A stretch of 25,252 nucleotides of DNA from Ginkgo biloba. Lineage: Eukaryota > Plantae > Ginkgophyta. Position numbers and translations under genes: made by a program. Each line of letters opens with the position of its first letter. The first letter of the stretch is position 1. Of the stretch, positions 1 through 12,059 are shown piece after piece. The stretch is from contig JANKJI020000001.1 in NCBI GenBank assembly GCA_024626585.2, forward strand, positions 18,097,430 to 18,122,681, in the 5' to 3' direction. The notes under the pieces were generated by a model, which saw nothing but the letters and a program-made list of their open reading frames with translations, made no database searches and had not been told where the DNA came from.

Positions 1-700
1 TTTCAAATAGGAGGGTGGGCCGTCTGCCGGCTGGCCATGAAGAAACCATAATAGAGACATAAATATATTTAGATTATAATGCAGGACAGTAGGAATCCTG
101 GGGACTCGTGAAAGAAAAATTGTGTGCGTTTTTTAAAGTACTCACGCGTAAGAATGTAAACAAGTAACATGTGTGCATGTGAAATGACTATATATTTTAT
201 TCATAAATTCAGGTAACTGCACATGCGATCAGGCCGCAAGTACGTCTTCAAGGGAAGAGCTTAGAGCATTATTTGGATAATAGAGCGGTGGTTATTTCAT
301 CGGTTCATGTGTTGCATTTCTTTTTTATTTTTTTTTTTGTGGACTTAAAATAATGTGAATGTATTGTAATGAGTTTAACATATAACGTGGAAAGATTCTT
401 GTATTTAATGATGTTATGAACGACTTTATGGAACGCTGCTATAAGTAATTTGCCACATATTGTTGTCTCTTAGTTATGAAGTCAAGTCATTCATGATATA
501 ATGGTATAAATTGATTATTTTTTCGTAAGAGGAAAAATTGAATTGAGACTTTGTCTTAGGAACAATGATTTATAATAACACTATAGATTAGTGCATGATC
601 GAAAACAATTACTTTTTAATGTTTGATTGTTGTACCTACTAAACTTGTGCGCGAGTGCTTGTATCTTAATGGTGTAAATTATTATGTTGCTTGGACTGCA
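1..700. promoter_or_regulatory. Possible non-TE regulatory flank of a gene outside the window
   Basis: CpG-retaining sequence with no TE motif recognised. It contains ACGCGT (144-149), ACGTGG (385-390) and CATG/RY-like boxes (~169-182, 222-227). These motifs are short and could be chance. Confidence 0.2.
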
Positions 701-1914
701 TTTTTAGGATTTTGCTAGAGGACAAAAAGGCACATTGCCCAAAAATAATGCTTCGTGAATGTATCTTACTTCTATGTGCAATGGTAAATGTGATAATATA
801 AATGGATAACATTATTTACATATGCTTGAGAGACCTTTGCCTTTGAGCGAAGAGTTAAGTATGCTTGAATTTGTGAAATTGCAACCTCTCATGTTTTCAG
901 AGTTATGACAATGGAGTGGGTAAATGAGGTCTCGACTACAGAGGGACGCACTTGTTAAAAGTTGGAGTGCACATCAACATAATTATAAGCATCCAATAAT
1001 CTTGTGTCATGTAAAAAAATAACATAAGACCCGACAAAACTTAAGTGGCGACCTTACAAAACTTCAAGACCAAACAAGTTGCCACTTATATTATGTGAAA
1101 ATATTATCTTTCCTAACTAATGGATGTAAAGCAAAGAAAAAACAACTATTTCTACATAACATATCAACATGATACAAAAACTCAAGAAAGAACACTAATA
1201 AAAAGACAAGACAAATTAAGAAAGAAATGGATGATGATTTATTAAAGAAGGAAGGTTAAAACTTTCAGTGGTTCTTTGAGGGAGACATAGGACATGGGTG
1301 TGGTAAATCTCCTTTTTCCTTCCTCTCTACTTTCCTCACAAGAAGTAGGTGGTGTCCAAGATGTAATCCTTTTGTTGTTGATAAATATTGTCTTTACTAA
1401 AGGATCTATTCACAAGTCAAATTCTATGTGATGATAATTTGGATTCTTGATGAAATTCAAAGCTAAGATATGCCCCTTAACTTTGAAAGAAAGGAATATG
1501 TATAGGGCTATTTCATCTTGAATAACTCAAGCATTGTGGAACTAAAATAATATGAAGTGGTATTATTTGGTACTCATATAGTATTCATGCGACATTCTTC
1601 AGGATAAATAACTTCTAGATATATTCTTTGATATAATTTTGCTTCTTTTTTCAATATACCTTCATACTTTACATAAAATTACGGTTCATTTTGATGTGGA
1701 TGGCCTATGTGGATATATTATTAGTGTAATGGGGCCACATAAAAAATTTGGATGATGAAAAAAGGGATAAGTATGGGACCATAAGGTACTTTCTTGATAA
1801 TTTTTCATACAATTTATGATAATGAAATTTATAATGCATAATAAATGCAATAATGGCATAAAAATTGATGTAGGTGTATTCTTAATTTTGATTATTAATA
1901 ATAATATATATAAA

Positions 1915-1938
1915 CACACACACACACACACACACACA
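1915..1938 (+). repeat. (CA)12 microsatellite adjoining a short (AT)n tract
   Basis: Read directly. Confidence 0.97.
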
Positions 1939-2174
1939 TATATTATAGTTGTGAATGTATCTAGAATAATTCCAAGTTTACATGGAATGGAATGGAGGAT
2001 GGGTGTTATCCACATTAGCTAAAACCTTACTAAATATAGAAAAAGGGTTAAAAACAAAAAGGGAAAAATATAGTGCTATTTATAAACTGGTACATTTCCT
2101 TACATCTTATATTTTAGCCAGAAAGTTGATAATCTTAAGAAATGTTCTTCTAAAATGTTGCAGGTCTTGAAAAA

Positions 2175-2451
2175 GATGATGATTTTTTGTTGATGAATCA
2201 TGTTAATATGAGTTAATGCTAAGGATATATGGCCTTTACAATAGGTTATACTTTCCCTATTTTTTCTTCATACCTTTATTTGCATCATAGATTACTACCG
2301 AATGGTTTAAAATGTAAAGAAACTTTCTTGTAAAAAATTCTATTTCTTATTATGTTGATGACATTTTGTTGAAGAATCATGTCAATGTAAGTTATGGTTA
2401 GGGAGATATAACTTCTACAACATATTTTATTTTCTTAATTTTTTCTTAGAC
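2175..2451 (+). repeat. Diverged ~100-bp direct repeat, period ~179 bp
   Basis: 2175-2272 (gatgatgattttttgttgatgaatcatgttaat...ttttttcttcatac) versus 2354-2451 (gttgatgacattttgttgaagaatcatgtcaat...ttttttcttagac). Confidence 0.8.
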
Positions 2452-2899
2452 GATATATTCAAGGAAAATCTATAAGATAAAATCCAAGAAAAGGCATATA
2501 TATTTTTCTTGATTTGTTAAAAATTATGTATTTATGATGAATTATATATAATTTATTTATTTTTTGGAGTTTAATCCAAGCCATTAAAATATAGATCTAG
2601 AATAGAATTATTTTGGCTTGTAAGAATTTATGTATGTATTCTTAGAAGATGAAATAAATTCAAAAGAGGAGAAGAGATGTTACTAATTCTTGTTTACTTC
2701 CATATTATTTTTCACTTACCTATTCTCTAAAGAGACTATAAATTATTATTTTTTGGATTGAAATTGGCCTTGTATTTACGATAATTATCAAGTACAATAN
2801 NNNNNNNNNNNNNNNNNNNNNNNNNNNNNNNNNNNNNNNNNNNNNNNNNNNNNNNNNNNNNNNNNNNNNNNNNNNNNNNNNNNNNNNNNNNNNNNNNNN

Positions 2900-3126
2900 A
2901 ACATTTTCAAGGTCATTGATTGATCGAAAAGAATATTAAAATATCCCTTACCTTTTAGCTCAAAGTGGACTAGTCCTGTGATGAATCTACCCCAAGTTAC
3001 AATAGGCCATTCCTACATCATCAAAGGGCTTAATATAATGTCATTAAATTTCCCTATTAAGGTCTTGGATTGAAGATCCATGCATGCATCCTCAATATCT
3101 TTGTAGGAAAATTTAACCATTGATGT
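2900..3126 (-). mobile_element. L1-clade LINE ORF1 (DUF4283-like) N-terminal fragment
   Basis: Translates to DLQSKTLIGKFNDIILSPLMM*EWPIVTWGRFITGLVHFELKGKGYFNILFD, matching the plant LINE ORF1 pattern LIGKF....P......W....W.........G.G.F...F. Flanked by gaps. Confidence 0.65.
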
Positions 3127-3789
3127 NNNNNNNNNNNNNNNNNNNNNNNNNNNNNNNNNNNNNNNNNNNNNNNNNNNNNNNNNNNNNNNNNNNNNNNNNN
3201 NNNNNNNNNNNNNNNNNNNNNNNNCATTTTCTTCACCAAAATAAAAATAATTCTCTCATTGATTGAATAATTTTTCTTCATTTTTTCTCAAGTATTTCCA
3301 TTAACTCCTATTTCCTTTGAAGTTTTGGGGATAGGATTTCACCATCCCAAACATATCCCTAGGTTTCCTTAGAATTTTGTTCATATCCACCTATTTATAT
3401 GCTAGATTGAATTCTATAGACCCCTGGTCTGAGTGAGGGGGATTCCCCCCCAGCCTCTTTTTTCATGCATGCATTCTCAGTCCTCCAAAGGTAATTGTTA
3501 TCCTCATAGACCTATGCATCCTAAATTGGCACCCCTACTACACCCTAATTGCTACCTATTACATATTCTTCATGAAATCATTGTTGTTGATGCATTCATC
3601 CTCAATTATCCTCTAATACATCCATTCAAGACTATAAATTCTTATTTTAATATTTTAAATAAAAGTGTATGTAGGTTGTAAGTCTAATTTTACATTTGTA
3701 GATTGAATCTTAAATGATTTTTATGAGTGTGAATAACTTGAGTATCATATTAGTATTAGACATAACTATTCCATATATTCTTGTTATGT

Positions 3790-4406
3790 GTATGAGAAGA
3801 TTATATCAAGGAATGGTAGTAAGAAGGATAAATTATCAAAAAATATAATTAGAATATCTTAGGAGCATAATTAAAGATCTTAAACAAATAGATAGAAGAG
3901 CTCCAATTGAGAGTGATTTAGAGTCTGAAGTAGAAGCTAAAGTGGTGTAAAATCCTAAAGAGAATCCTCTTCAATCCATACTCGAAGGAATTAAAGGAAT
4001 AAATATGCATGTATCAATAAAATTAGTTGTTATTTACTACACCAGGAGTCTCAAGGTTGAGGTATCATTCGATTACATTAGATATCTAGAGAGGTATTTT
4101 TAATAGAAAGGTATTTAGGACCATAATAAGTGAATTTTATATCCATAAAACTCAAGAAATGTGATCTAATTTATTTGGATCATATTAAAAAGGAGAGAGT
4201 GAGAAAAATAAATAATAAGGTGAATACATAGGTTGCAATGGTTATAAAAATTAAATATAAGTTCATGCCCTAGGATTATCAATAAACATTTTGTAGATAA
4301 TTATAGAATATCAAAAAAATATAGGATCAAAGTGTAGAGTAATACACTAAGGAAATTTGTAATTCTTAATATATATGGAAATTCTATGGGATTGTATTTA
4401 AATTGT
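3790..4406 (+). mobile_element. Decayed Ty3/gypsy gag (Retrotrans_gag-like)
   Basis: YTRSLKVEVSFDYIRYLERYF**...IKLKKCDLIYLDHIKKERVRK...AMVIKIKYKFMP*DYQ*TFCR*L*NI...SVE*YTKE parallels gag Y.G.L..E...DW...L..YF...M..K.K.KF.P.DYQ..L...LQNL.Q....V.EYTEEF. A possible eroded PBS tagtattaga lies at 3751-3760. Confidence 0.75.
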
Positions 4407-5735
4407 NNNNNNNNNNNNNNNNNNNNNNNNNNNNNNNNNNNNNNNNNNNNNNNNNNNNNNNNNNNNNNNNNNNNNNNNNNNNNNNNNNNNNNNNNNNNNN
4501 NNNNNNAAATTCAAGAATCCAGTCAACTCTTAGTACTTAAAGATATATTGTCTCCAGGAAAGCGAAATGCCACATTGTATAGATGTACAGAGTTTTCTAA
4601 ATTGAAAACTCAAAAATATGTTTAAAAGCATAAAACACATAAAAAACTTAAAATCAAATGCAGGATCATATACACCTTTTTATATCAAATTTTTGGTACA
4701 TATCATTCAACCACTCGTATACTAGTTCATACAAGATTGATTAATTCTAGTCTAAAAAAATCCTCTATAAAAATACATGTGCATAAAGGGTGGTTAAGAC
4801 CACTATCTCCACCACCCTTATGATGATACTGACTTTGGTCCTCTTCATTCAACTTCTCCCTGATANNNNNNNNNNNNNNNNNNGACTATTATTTATAGAT
4901 ATACTTATCATCTGCCTCTAAACCTCTAACCTCAAAAGTAGACAACCTCCTATATGAGCACCTCATATCACTTTTAGATTATGATAGTTAGTACAAATAT
5001 GTCTATGAAAGGCCTATCTAAATTTGGTAATCCTATGTCCTCTGGTGGATCACTTAAGATTTCACTTCATCTAAATTAAATTATCCTCATACCTACACAA
5101 AAAGGACATGGGCAGTTAGTATCNNNNNNNNNNNNNNNNNNNNNNNNNNNNNNATCTTTCCAGACAGATCCTTTCGGCTTCCATGAGTCTTAAATTGCTC
5201 ATCACCTCGTACTAGTCCTTCTTTGACACTACTAAGAGATATGTTATTTTCCATGTCTTTGAGGTACCCTTTTCAAGCCTAGATTTCCCTTACATTTGGC
5301 CTCCTTGCACCAAATCTTATTTGTAGGGGGAACTACTCCCCCCTCACCAATTTTAACCACTAGAGGAATAAGTACCNNNNNNNNNNNNNNNNNNNNNNNN
5401 NNNNNNNGCACACTAGTCCATTAGATCATAATCTCATTAATTTTATTTCATATGAATTCCAAAAGACACATTCAGTTTCTTTTGGATCAACATAATACTA
5501 ATGTTGACTTGTTAGTTGAATTATGTTTTTAGGAGGGTGTACATTCTAAAGAAGTGATTTATCCTAATATCATTTTTAAGGAATTGATTTATATGGACAT
5601 ATTAATGATGAATAAAATTTTGAAACTAATATTAANNNNNNNNNNNNNNNNNNNNNNNNNNNNNNNNNNNNNNNNNNNNNNNNNNNNNNNNNNNNNNNNN
5701 NNNNNNNNNNNNNNNNNNNNNNNNNNNNNNNNNNN

Positions 5736-7393
5736 GGAATCTATATATTTTTCTCAATGAAATACTTTTTCTCCCAAGTAACATATTTATTAGGCAAGTT
5801 CTTGCATTTCATTTTGTAATCCTTTATCTACTTGCTTCTTAAATATTTTGTTCCAATTTGGAAGAGTTATTTAAGTTTTAATAATGTTAATTATTCTTAA
5901 TTTAACTCTTCCATATCTATATATGGAACCTCTCCACTATCTAGTTTCTTCTTGTTTTGCGATACATCGAATACATTGTGTTTATATCATTTATTTAGAA
6001 GATCTAGTGCATATAAAATTTCTCTACCTTTGGCTTGCACCTTGTAAGGTCCATAATATTTTGGATATAAATTCTATTTTAATTTCTCTTTCAATTTCAT
6101 TTTTTGGTAGGTTTACATCCATATAAATAATATATCCCTAATTTTAAAACTTGTTTTAATTTGATTTTTATCTTCTTTTTTCTTCATTTACTTTTGTGTA
6201 GTGTTTAGTTTATCCTTTAATATTTGTATAATATCTTACAACTCTACAATTGTATAATATGTTGTTAAGACCCTTTATTACTAAATTATAATAATTCTAT
6301 GGTTATTTCATTGGATCCATTTATGATGCGTATTGGTAAGTGGTGTTGTACCAATACTTTTTTTTTTTTTTTGAGTTGTAACCATTTCATCAAAATCCTT
6401 TGCTTGTTACTTGTATAAGCTCTTAAGTATACCTCAAGACACTTATCAACTATATCTAATTGGAAATGTATCTATTTATTGTATTTTATGCTCATATTAA
6501 ACTTATTCCCTACTATTATGAAGAGTTATTACTAGAAGTCACTTATGAACTTTAAATCTTAGAAGTACATTATTCTTTTTAGTAGTCTATGTACTTTATG
6601 TACTTCTTTTATAAACAATTCTATTATTTATGGTTCCTTCAATTTTTAATTAATCATTAGTAAGTGATAATATATTTTAATCCTATAAACTATTAAAAAT
6701 ATGGTATCCTTTCCATCCAAGTTTGGTATACCTCCATTATGAAATCCATTGCTGTCCCTAATAGTGGAAAAATTCTAAATTTTGGCATTAGCATATGTCA
6801 CATTCTACTGCAATCCTTGTTATATCATTCTTCATTGTTGTATAGTAGAATAAATGATTAATATTCTTATATGTCTATCTAGGACCATAATGTCCTATTG
6901 TTGGTTTTGCATGATACTCTTTGATAGCAATTTTGAATAAATTCAAATTCCTTATATATTATATTTTAATATGATGACTCCATTCTTGATAGTCCATTGG
7001 TAATATTTCTTATTTATTGATATGTACTCTTTAAATTATTTTTTGGCTACATCTATGTCATAACCCTTTTGGAATTTTTTTATCTATGTTGGCCCTATAA
7101 TTATCATGGCATTAAATTTGGGACTTTTTTATTTATGGGATAGCGCATCTCCAACTACATTTAATTTGTTTTTTTATAAATAATATCAAATTTAAATGTC
7201 TATATCTTATAAATCCACTTTCTATACACATCTATAACTATTTATTATTGTAATAAGTACTTGATATTTTTGTGATATGACCATGAATTTACTTCCCAAA
7301 ATATATTGTATCTCTTTTCTATCATATGGATGACAACCAACATTTCCTTACTATATATGTTAAAATTATTTTATCTCGATCATTAAATGCTCT
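5736..7393 (-). mobile_element. Decayed chromovirus pol 3' half: RNase H, integrase (HHCC, core, GPY/F) and chromodomain
   Basis: Minus-strand translation gives RNase H SKEMLVVIH...KWIYKI*TFKFDIIYKK..NVVGDALS (~7136-7393). It continues with HHCC KEYHAKPTIGHYG...ECDIC*C (~6790-6930), core AMDFI...DIVDKCLEVYLRAY...YWYNTTY, then LYPKYYGPYKV (~6040-6070) and HNVFDVSQ.KK. It ends with chromodomain-like DYKMKCKNLPNKYVTWEK (~5740-5870). Confidence 0.9.
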
Positions 7394-8276
7394 NNNNNNN
7401 NNNNNNNNNNNNNNNNNNNNNNNNNNNNNNNNNNNNNNNNNNNNNNNNNNNNNNNNNNNNNNNNNNNNNNNNNNNNNNNNNNNNNNNNNNNNNNNNNNNN
7501 NNNNNNNNNNNNNNNNNNNNNNNNNNNNNNNNNNNNNNNNNNNNNNNNNNNNNNNNNNNNNNNNNNNNNNNNNNNNNNNNNNNNNNNNNNNNNNNNNNNN
7601 NNNNNNNNNNNNNNNNNNNNNNNNNNNNNNNNNNNNNNNNNNNNNNNNNNNNNNNNNNNNNNNNNNNNNNNNNNNNNNNNNNNNNNNNNNNNNNNNNNNN
7701 NNNNNNNNNNNNNNNNNNNNNNNNNNNNNNNNNNNNNNNNNNNNNNNNNNNNNNNNNNNNNNNNNNNNNNNNNNNNNNNNNNNNNNNNNNNNNNNNNNNN
7801 NNNNNNNNNNNNNNNNNNNNNNNNNNNNNNNNNNNNNNNNNNNNNNNNNNNNNNNNNNNNNNNNNNNNNNNNNNNNNNNNNNNNNNNNNNNNNNNNNNNN
7901 NNNNNNNNNNNNNNNNNNNNNNNNNNNNNNNNNNNNNNNNNNNNNNNNNNNNNNNNNNNNNNNNNNNNNNNNNNNNNNNNNNNNNNNNNNNNNNNNNNNN
8001 NNNNNNNNNNNNNNNNNNNNNNNNNNNNNNNNNNNNNNNNNNNNNNNNNNNNNNNNNNNNNNNNNNNNNNNNNNNNNNNNNNNNNNNNNNNNNNNNNNNN
8101 NNNNNNNNNNNNNNNNNNNNNNNNNNNNNNNNNNNNNNNNNNNNNNNNNNNNNNNNNNNNNNNNNNNNNNNNNNNNNNNNNNNNNNNNNNNNNNNNNNNN
8201 NNNNNNNNNNNNNNNNNNNNNNNNNNNNNNNNNNNNNNNNNNNNNNNNNNNNNNNNNNNNNNNNNNNNNNNNNNNN

Positions 8277-9451
8277 ATTGTTACATTTATGTAACTATGT
8301 TTTTCATCTCTAGTTTTTCATATGGTATCAAAGAAGGCCTTCATGGTGTCTCTCCTTACTTCTCAAGTTCTCTTCGTCATCATACTCTGAAGCATAGTAA
8401 AGGAGTGACCTTGATTCATTTGTTAGACACGATTATGAAGATAAAACATTATATATCTCCATATCTCCACCAAATGAATTTACAAGACAAAGGAGGAATT
8501 TTATTTCTTTGTTTTTGTCCCATCATTGTCTCGTATGGAAGATTTTGATCAAGCCCTCATGTTCTACAACCTAATTTGGTAGCGTGTTAGGTTTATGTCC
8601 CTAACTATGGTATAATTTATTAAGATGCCTTGTTATTATTAAGAGAAGAAGATGATTATCATGTATGTTCAGATGTTAATATAATTCAAAAGGGTGAGGA
8701 TCTTCTAATCACAATTGATGCAAATGGATGACTTCAAAGGATGATATGTAAAGGATGTTGATCCATAAAAGAAGGGAAATATTGGTTATTTTAGGAAACA
8801 TTCATACCCATTCTGTTGGAGATAAAATATAGCTTTGTTGTATAAGGATGTACTAAGTTGGCTTGTTATAGTGAAAAATATTGAAGACAAGTTCTTAGAG
8901 AATAATAAAAAGACAACATGGGTTCTTTGAGATTATTTGGTATTGAAGGAGAGACAAATGAGATAAATTGAAGTGAAGAAGATGCACTTAAGAATCAAGA
9001 GTTGAATAGTATGGTGGAATAGTTCCAATCATCCAAGCTTAGTAATGAAGAGATTTGAAATTATTTGGAGAAGTTTAAGAGAAAATTTACTTCTCTAAAA
9101 GTGACTTACAAAGAATGTTCTAAGACATTGAATATGAAAGAATCTAAATGGTATAAAGAAAGAGAGGAAGTGCTCAAAACATTGAATGATTATCAATAAT
9201 AAATTTTCTTGGAAGATGGACAATTACATGAGATACAAAGCCATCTTGAGAGAGCCCATTCATCTGTGGAGAGATTGATAGATCAGAGAGAAGAAATATC
9301 ATAGAGGCTTTTGATTTAAGAATTAGAATCCCAAAAAGATCAATCAAAATTGAGTGTTGAAAATTGCACTTTGGAAGAGGTTGTTGATTTTTCAAGAGTA
9401 AGAGAATGTGAATGATACAGAAAGTGACGACAAAGAAAGACGGGGCACACA
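8277..9451 (+). mobile_element. Unclassified decayed LTR retrotransposon 5' region (LTR end, PBS, purine-rich eroded ORF)
   Basis: PBS at 8323 followed by Glu/Lys-codon-rich sequence with scattered stops (8660-9450). No diagnostic motif was recognised. Confidence 0.4.
8323..8334 (+). other. Putative tRNA-Met primer binding site following an LTR 3' end
   Basis: ...tagtttttCA-ta-TGGTATCAAAGA matches the PBS consensus TGGTATCAGAGC at 10 of 12 positions, two bases after an LTR-like terminal CA. Confidence 0.55.
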
Positions 9452-9551
9452 NNNNNNNNNNNNNNNNNNNNNNNNNNNNNNNNNNNNNNNNNNNNNNNNN
9501 NNNNNNNNNNNNNNNNNNNNNNNNNNNNNNNNNNNNNNNNNNNNNNNNNNN

Positions 9552-9960
9552 GCTATAGATCTATTTGTACTTTCTTAATTTCCTTAGTAAATCCCACTTG
9601 ATCATTGGCTAATTTTATCTTACTAACCCATTAGCTCCCTTCAATAGAACTATCGAAGCTATAGTTTAGGTTTTTAACTATAAGTTATCCTTGATCTTTC
9701 TATTACTTCCCTAGATGAATTACGCTTGGTTTTCATTAGCTTCCCTTTGTATCTATTGGGTGTCATCTTGTTCTTGATGAAAAAATGTTTTATTCCTACT
9801 AATACTTTCTAGTCATGCATTGATTTGTTTGATGATTAGATTGAGTTGGTACTTTATGTCCTTTATCTCCCCATACATTGTGTTTATCTTATTATCCAAT
9901 TTGTTGTCCATATCATTGATCTTAGAATCTAAAATCCCATAGGTGGTTGTATTCCATTTT
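9552..9960 (-). mobile_element. Gypsy gag N-terminal fragment, inverted relative to the 12060 element
   Basis: Coiled-coil SKINDMDNKLDNKINTMYGEIKDIKYQLNLIIKQINA followed by WVSKIKLANDQVGFTKEIKKVQIDL, which aligns with WLYKLGATLD*VGTVDPTRRVGIAL of the 12060 gag. Confidence 0.5.
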
Positions 9961-10676
9961 AGTATTTTTCATTCAATTTATTTTTGTTGTCTTATATGTA
10001 CATATAACCTTCTTGGTATAGGATTATTAAGGTTGTGATATGACTTTTAGTGACCTAACTAGGAAACTGCTAGATAATATAGATAAATTAACAATTCATA
10101 GATAAAAAGAATATATGAATTCTACAGTAGAAATAATATCCAATCATATAACACTTAATCATATCAGATAACCATGATAATCCAATTATGAGATAATTTC
10201 AAACTATAAAAAATAGTCAAACTTTAGAATAGTCGAGAGAAATATGGGTATGGGGAATCTACTACCCATAAATAGTCTCTAAATTGGGAGCACTTACTAC
10301 CCAAATTAGAAATATCTTATTAAAATAAGTAAAAAGGGAAAACATGATGAATGGAGGATTAAAAATAGGTGAAATAAGGCCCTTTAATAACATAAATCTA
10401 GGAACCTTAGTTATAAGGTCATGCCACTCAGATAAGAGGTGACTTTTGGGTATTTTAATGTATTTTAGATAATTAAACATGGGTTCTTGTCTATAATCCC
10501 TCTTTTGGTGCTAATTTGGGTTAAACGTAGGCTCTTTTAACCCTTATATTTAGGATTCTATTCCCTAACTCCTCATNNNNNNNNNNNNNNNNNNNNNNNN
10601 NNNNNNNNNNNNNNNNNNNNNNNNNNNNNNNNNNNNNNNNNNNNNNNNNNNNNNNNNNNNNNNNNNNNNNNNNNNN

Positions 10677-10841
10677 AAGATCAATCAATTATTTTTTTTT
10701 TTTTTTTTTTTTTTTGAATTATAATAACAGAGAAACAAGTTACATTAATGTATCATAGGAAGCCAAAGTGCTAAAGCAATAGGCACAACAGTCACTGCTT
10801 GGATAACTCTTCCTATATCCTGTACACAAGATCAATCAATT
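10677..10841 (-). mobile_element. Short poly(A)-tailed retroposed insertion with 14-bp target-site duplication
   Basis: Identical aagatcaatcaatt at 10677-10690 and 10828-10841 flank a 137-bp insert that begins with T24 (10692-10715), i.e. a minus-strand poly(A) tail. Confidence 0.75.
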
Positions 10842-10962
10842 CATATTATTCACCTTTTTATATAAGATCATTTGTTCATGAAACTCTCTCTTTATAGTCT
10901 TATTATTATATATTTCAAATTTAGGAATTCAATCATTAGATTAATTAATTATATTTAACCAT

Positions 10963-11310
10963 ACAAGAAGGGTTTAGATAGCCTTACAATTCATGGAAGT
11001 TGTAGCTCATACTTAGCATGCCAAGTGGCTTAATAAGTTTTTATATACTATAACTATTTTCAAATATTTTAGGATAGAACTATACAAAAAGGAAAGATTA
11101 GAATTAGACCAACCCATATAACATCCAATTAGCATATTTTTATCAAAGAGAATAGTTAGTAGCTACATATACTGATAAATTTGAGATATTGGAAATAAAA
11201 GCTAAGATGTCTCACAATGATGTTAGGTAATTCTATATATATAATTTAAGACCCAAAATAATGGAAATAATAAGAATGAAATGACCATGTATCTTAGATG
11301 AAGTTATCTA
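10963..11310 (+). mobile_element. Second, truncated gypsy gag copy (diverged direct repeat of ~12217-12560)
   Basis: Collinear shared blocks with 12217-12560: acaagaagggtt..gatagcc.tacaattcatggaa, tgccaag, ttttagg, tatacaaaa.ggaaga, aaagagaatagttag, atgatgtta.g.aattctatat, cttagatgaag. Confidence 0.75.
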
Positions 11311-12059
11311 TTATGAAACACAATTATAATATTCTCCCATGGGAGGCTATGTTGGCAGGGGAGGGGGTCACTTAGTAATAAACTCTCAAAAAACCATTGT
11401 AATATATGCAATAAGAAATAGTCTTATATAGGCTCTAAATCATTTTTTTTTACCCCCTATTTTATACTTCTGAGAATTTTTTCAAACCTCTATTATATCA
11501 TATATACAAAACAAAATGTAATAGTTATTCAAAACTATTTTGTATTTTATATTCAACGCACAATGTAATGTAATTACAATGATTATACCCACATTCTAAC
11601 ACATCTATGAAAATGCTAGTTACTCTAAATAAAAGAAATATGATTGGATATTTGATATAATAGAATTGATTATAAATTAACATTAACCCATATCTATCAA
11701 CTCACTTGTATATGAATACATCATTTTTTTCTTATTCCATTTGATCAAACAAAAACTATAGGTATTACTCTNNNNNNNNNNNNNNNNNNNNNNNNNNNNN
11801 NNNNNNNNNNNNNNNNNNNNNNNNNNNNNNNNNNNNNNNNNNNNNNNNNNNNNNNNNNNNNNNNNNNNNNNNNNNNNNNNNNNNNNNNNNNNNNNNNNNN
11901 NNNNNNNNNNNNNNNNNNNNNNNNNNNNNNNNNNNNNNNNNNNNNNNNNNNNNNNNNNNNNNNNNNNNNNNNNNNNNNNNNNNNNNNNNNNNNNNNNNNN
12001 NNNNNNNNNNNNNNNNNNNNNNNNNNNNNNNNNNNNNNNNNNNNNNNNNNNNNNNNNNN

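Larger units (their letters stand above)
1290..2790 (-). mobile_element. Very old gypsy RNase H-integrase remnant
   Basis: Eroded motifs in the correct order on the minus strand: HDSSTKNH.....KT (cf. HDSP.GGH.GF.KT), PILHSIPCK (cf. LQPLPIP), GHPHQNEP*FYVKYEGIL (cf. YHPQ.DGQ.E.VNK.LEGYL) and KDNIYQQQ (cf. KDNL..AQ). Each is weak individually. Confidence 0.4.

Noticed and set aside
1686-2170. Overlapping short ORFs with VCVCVC or HTHTHT
   Set aside because: They are produced by the (CA)n microsatellite within a decayed TE.
4507-5635. Possible TE coding remnant with a cccccc/ggggg tract near 5326-5343
   Set aside because: It is fragmented by gaps and no recognisable protein motif was found.
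6358-6372. T15 run as a second poly(A) retro-insertion
   Set aside because: No TSD was found. It sits inside the integrase frame (KWLQL-An-YWYNTT), consistent with slippage expansion.
7326-8313. Long ORFs made mostly of X (also 16762-17610 and the short gap-spanning ORFs)
   Set aside because: They are artefacts of N runs.
10032-10055. Eroded reverse PBS plus LTR end (gttgtgatatga...tttagtgacc)
   Set aside because: Four mismatches in 12 nt. The position fits the 9552-9960 gag, but the match is too weak to call.
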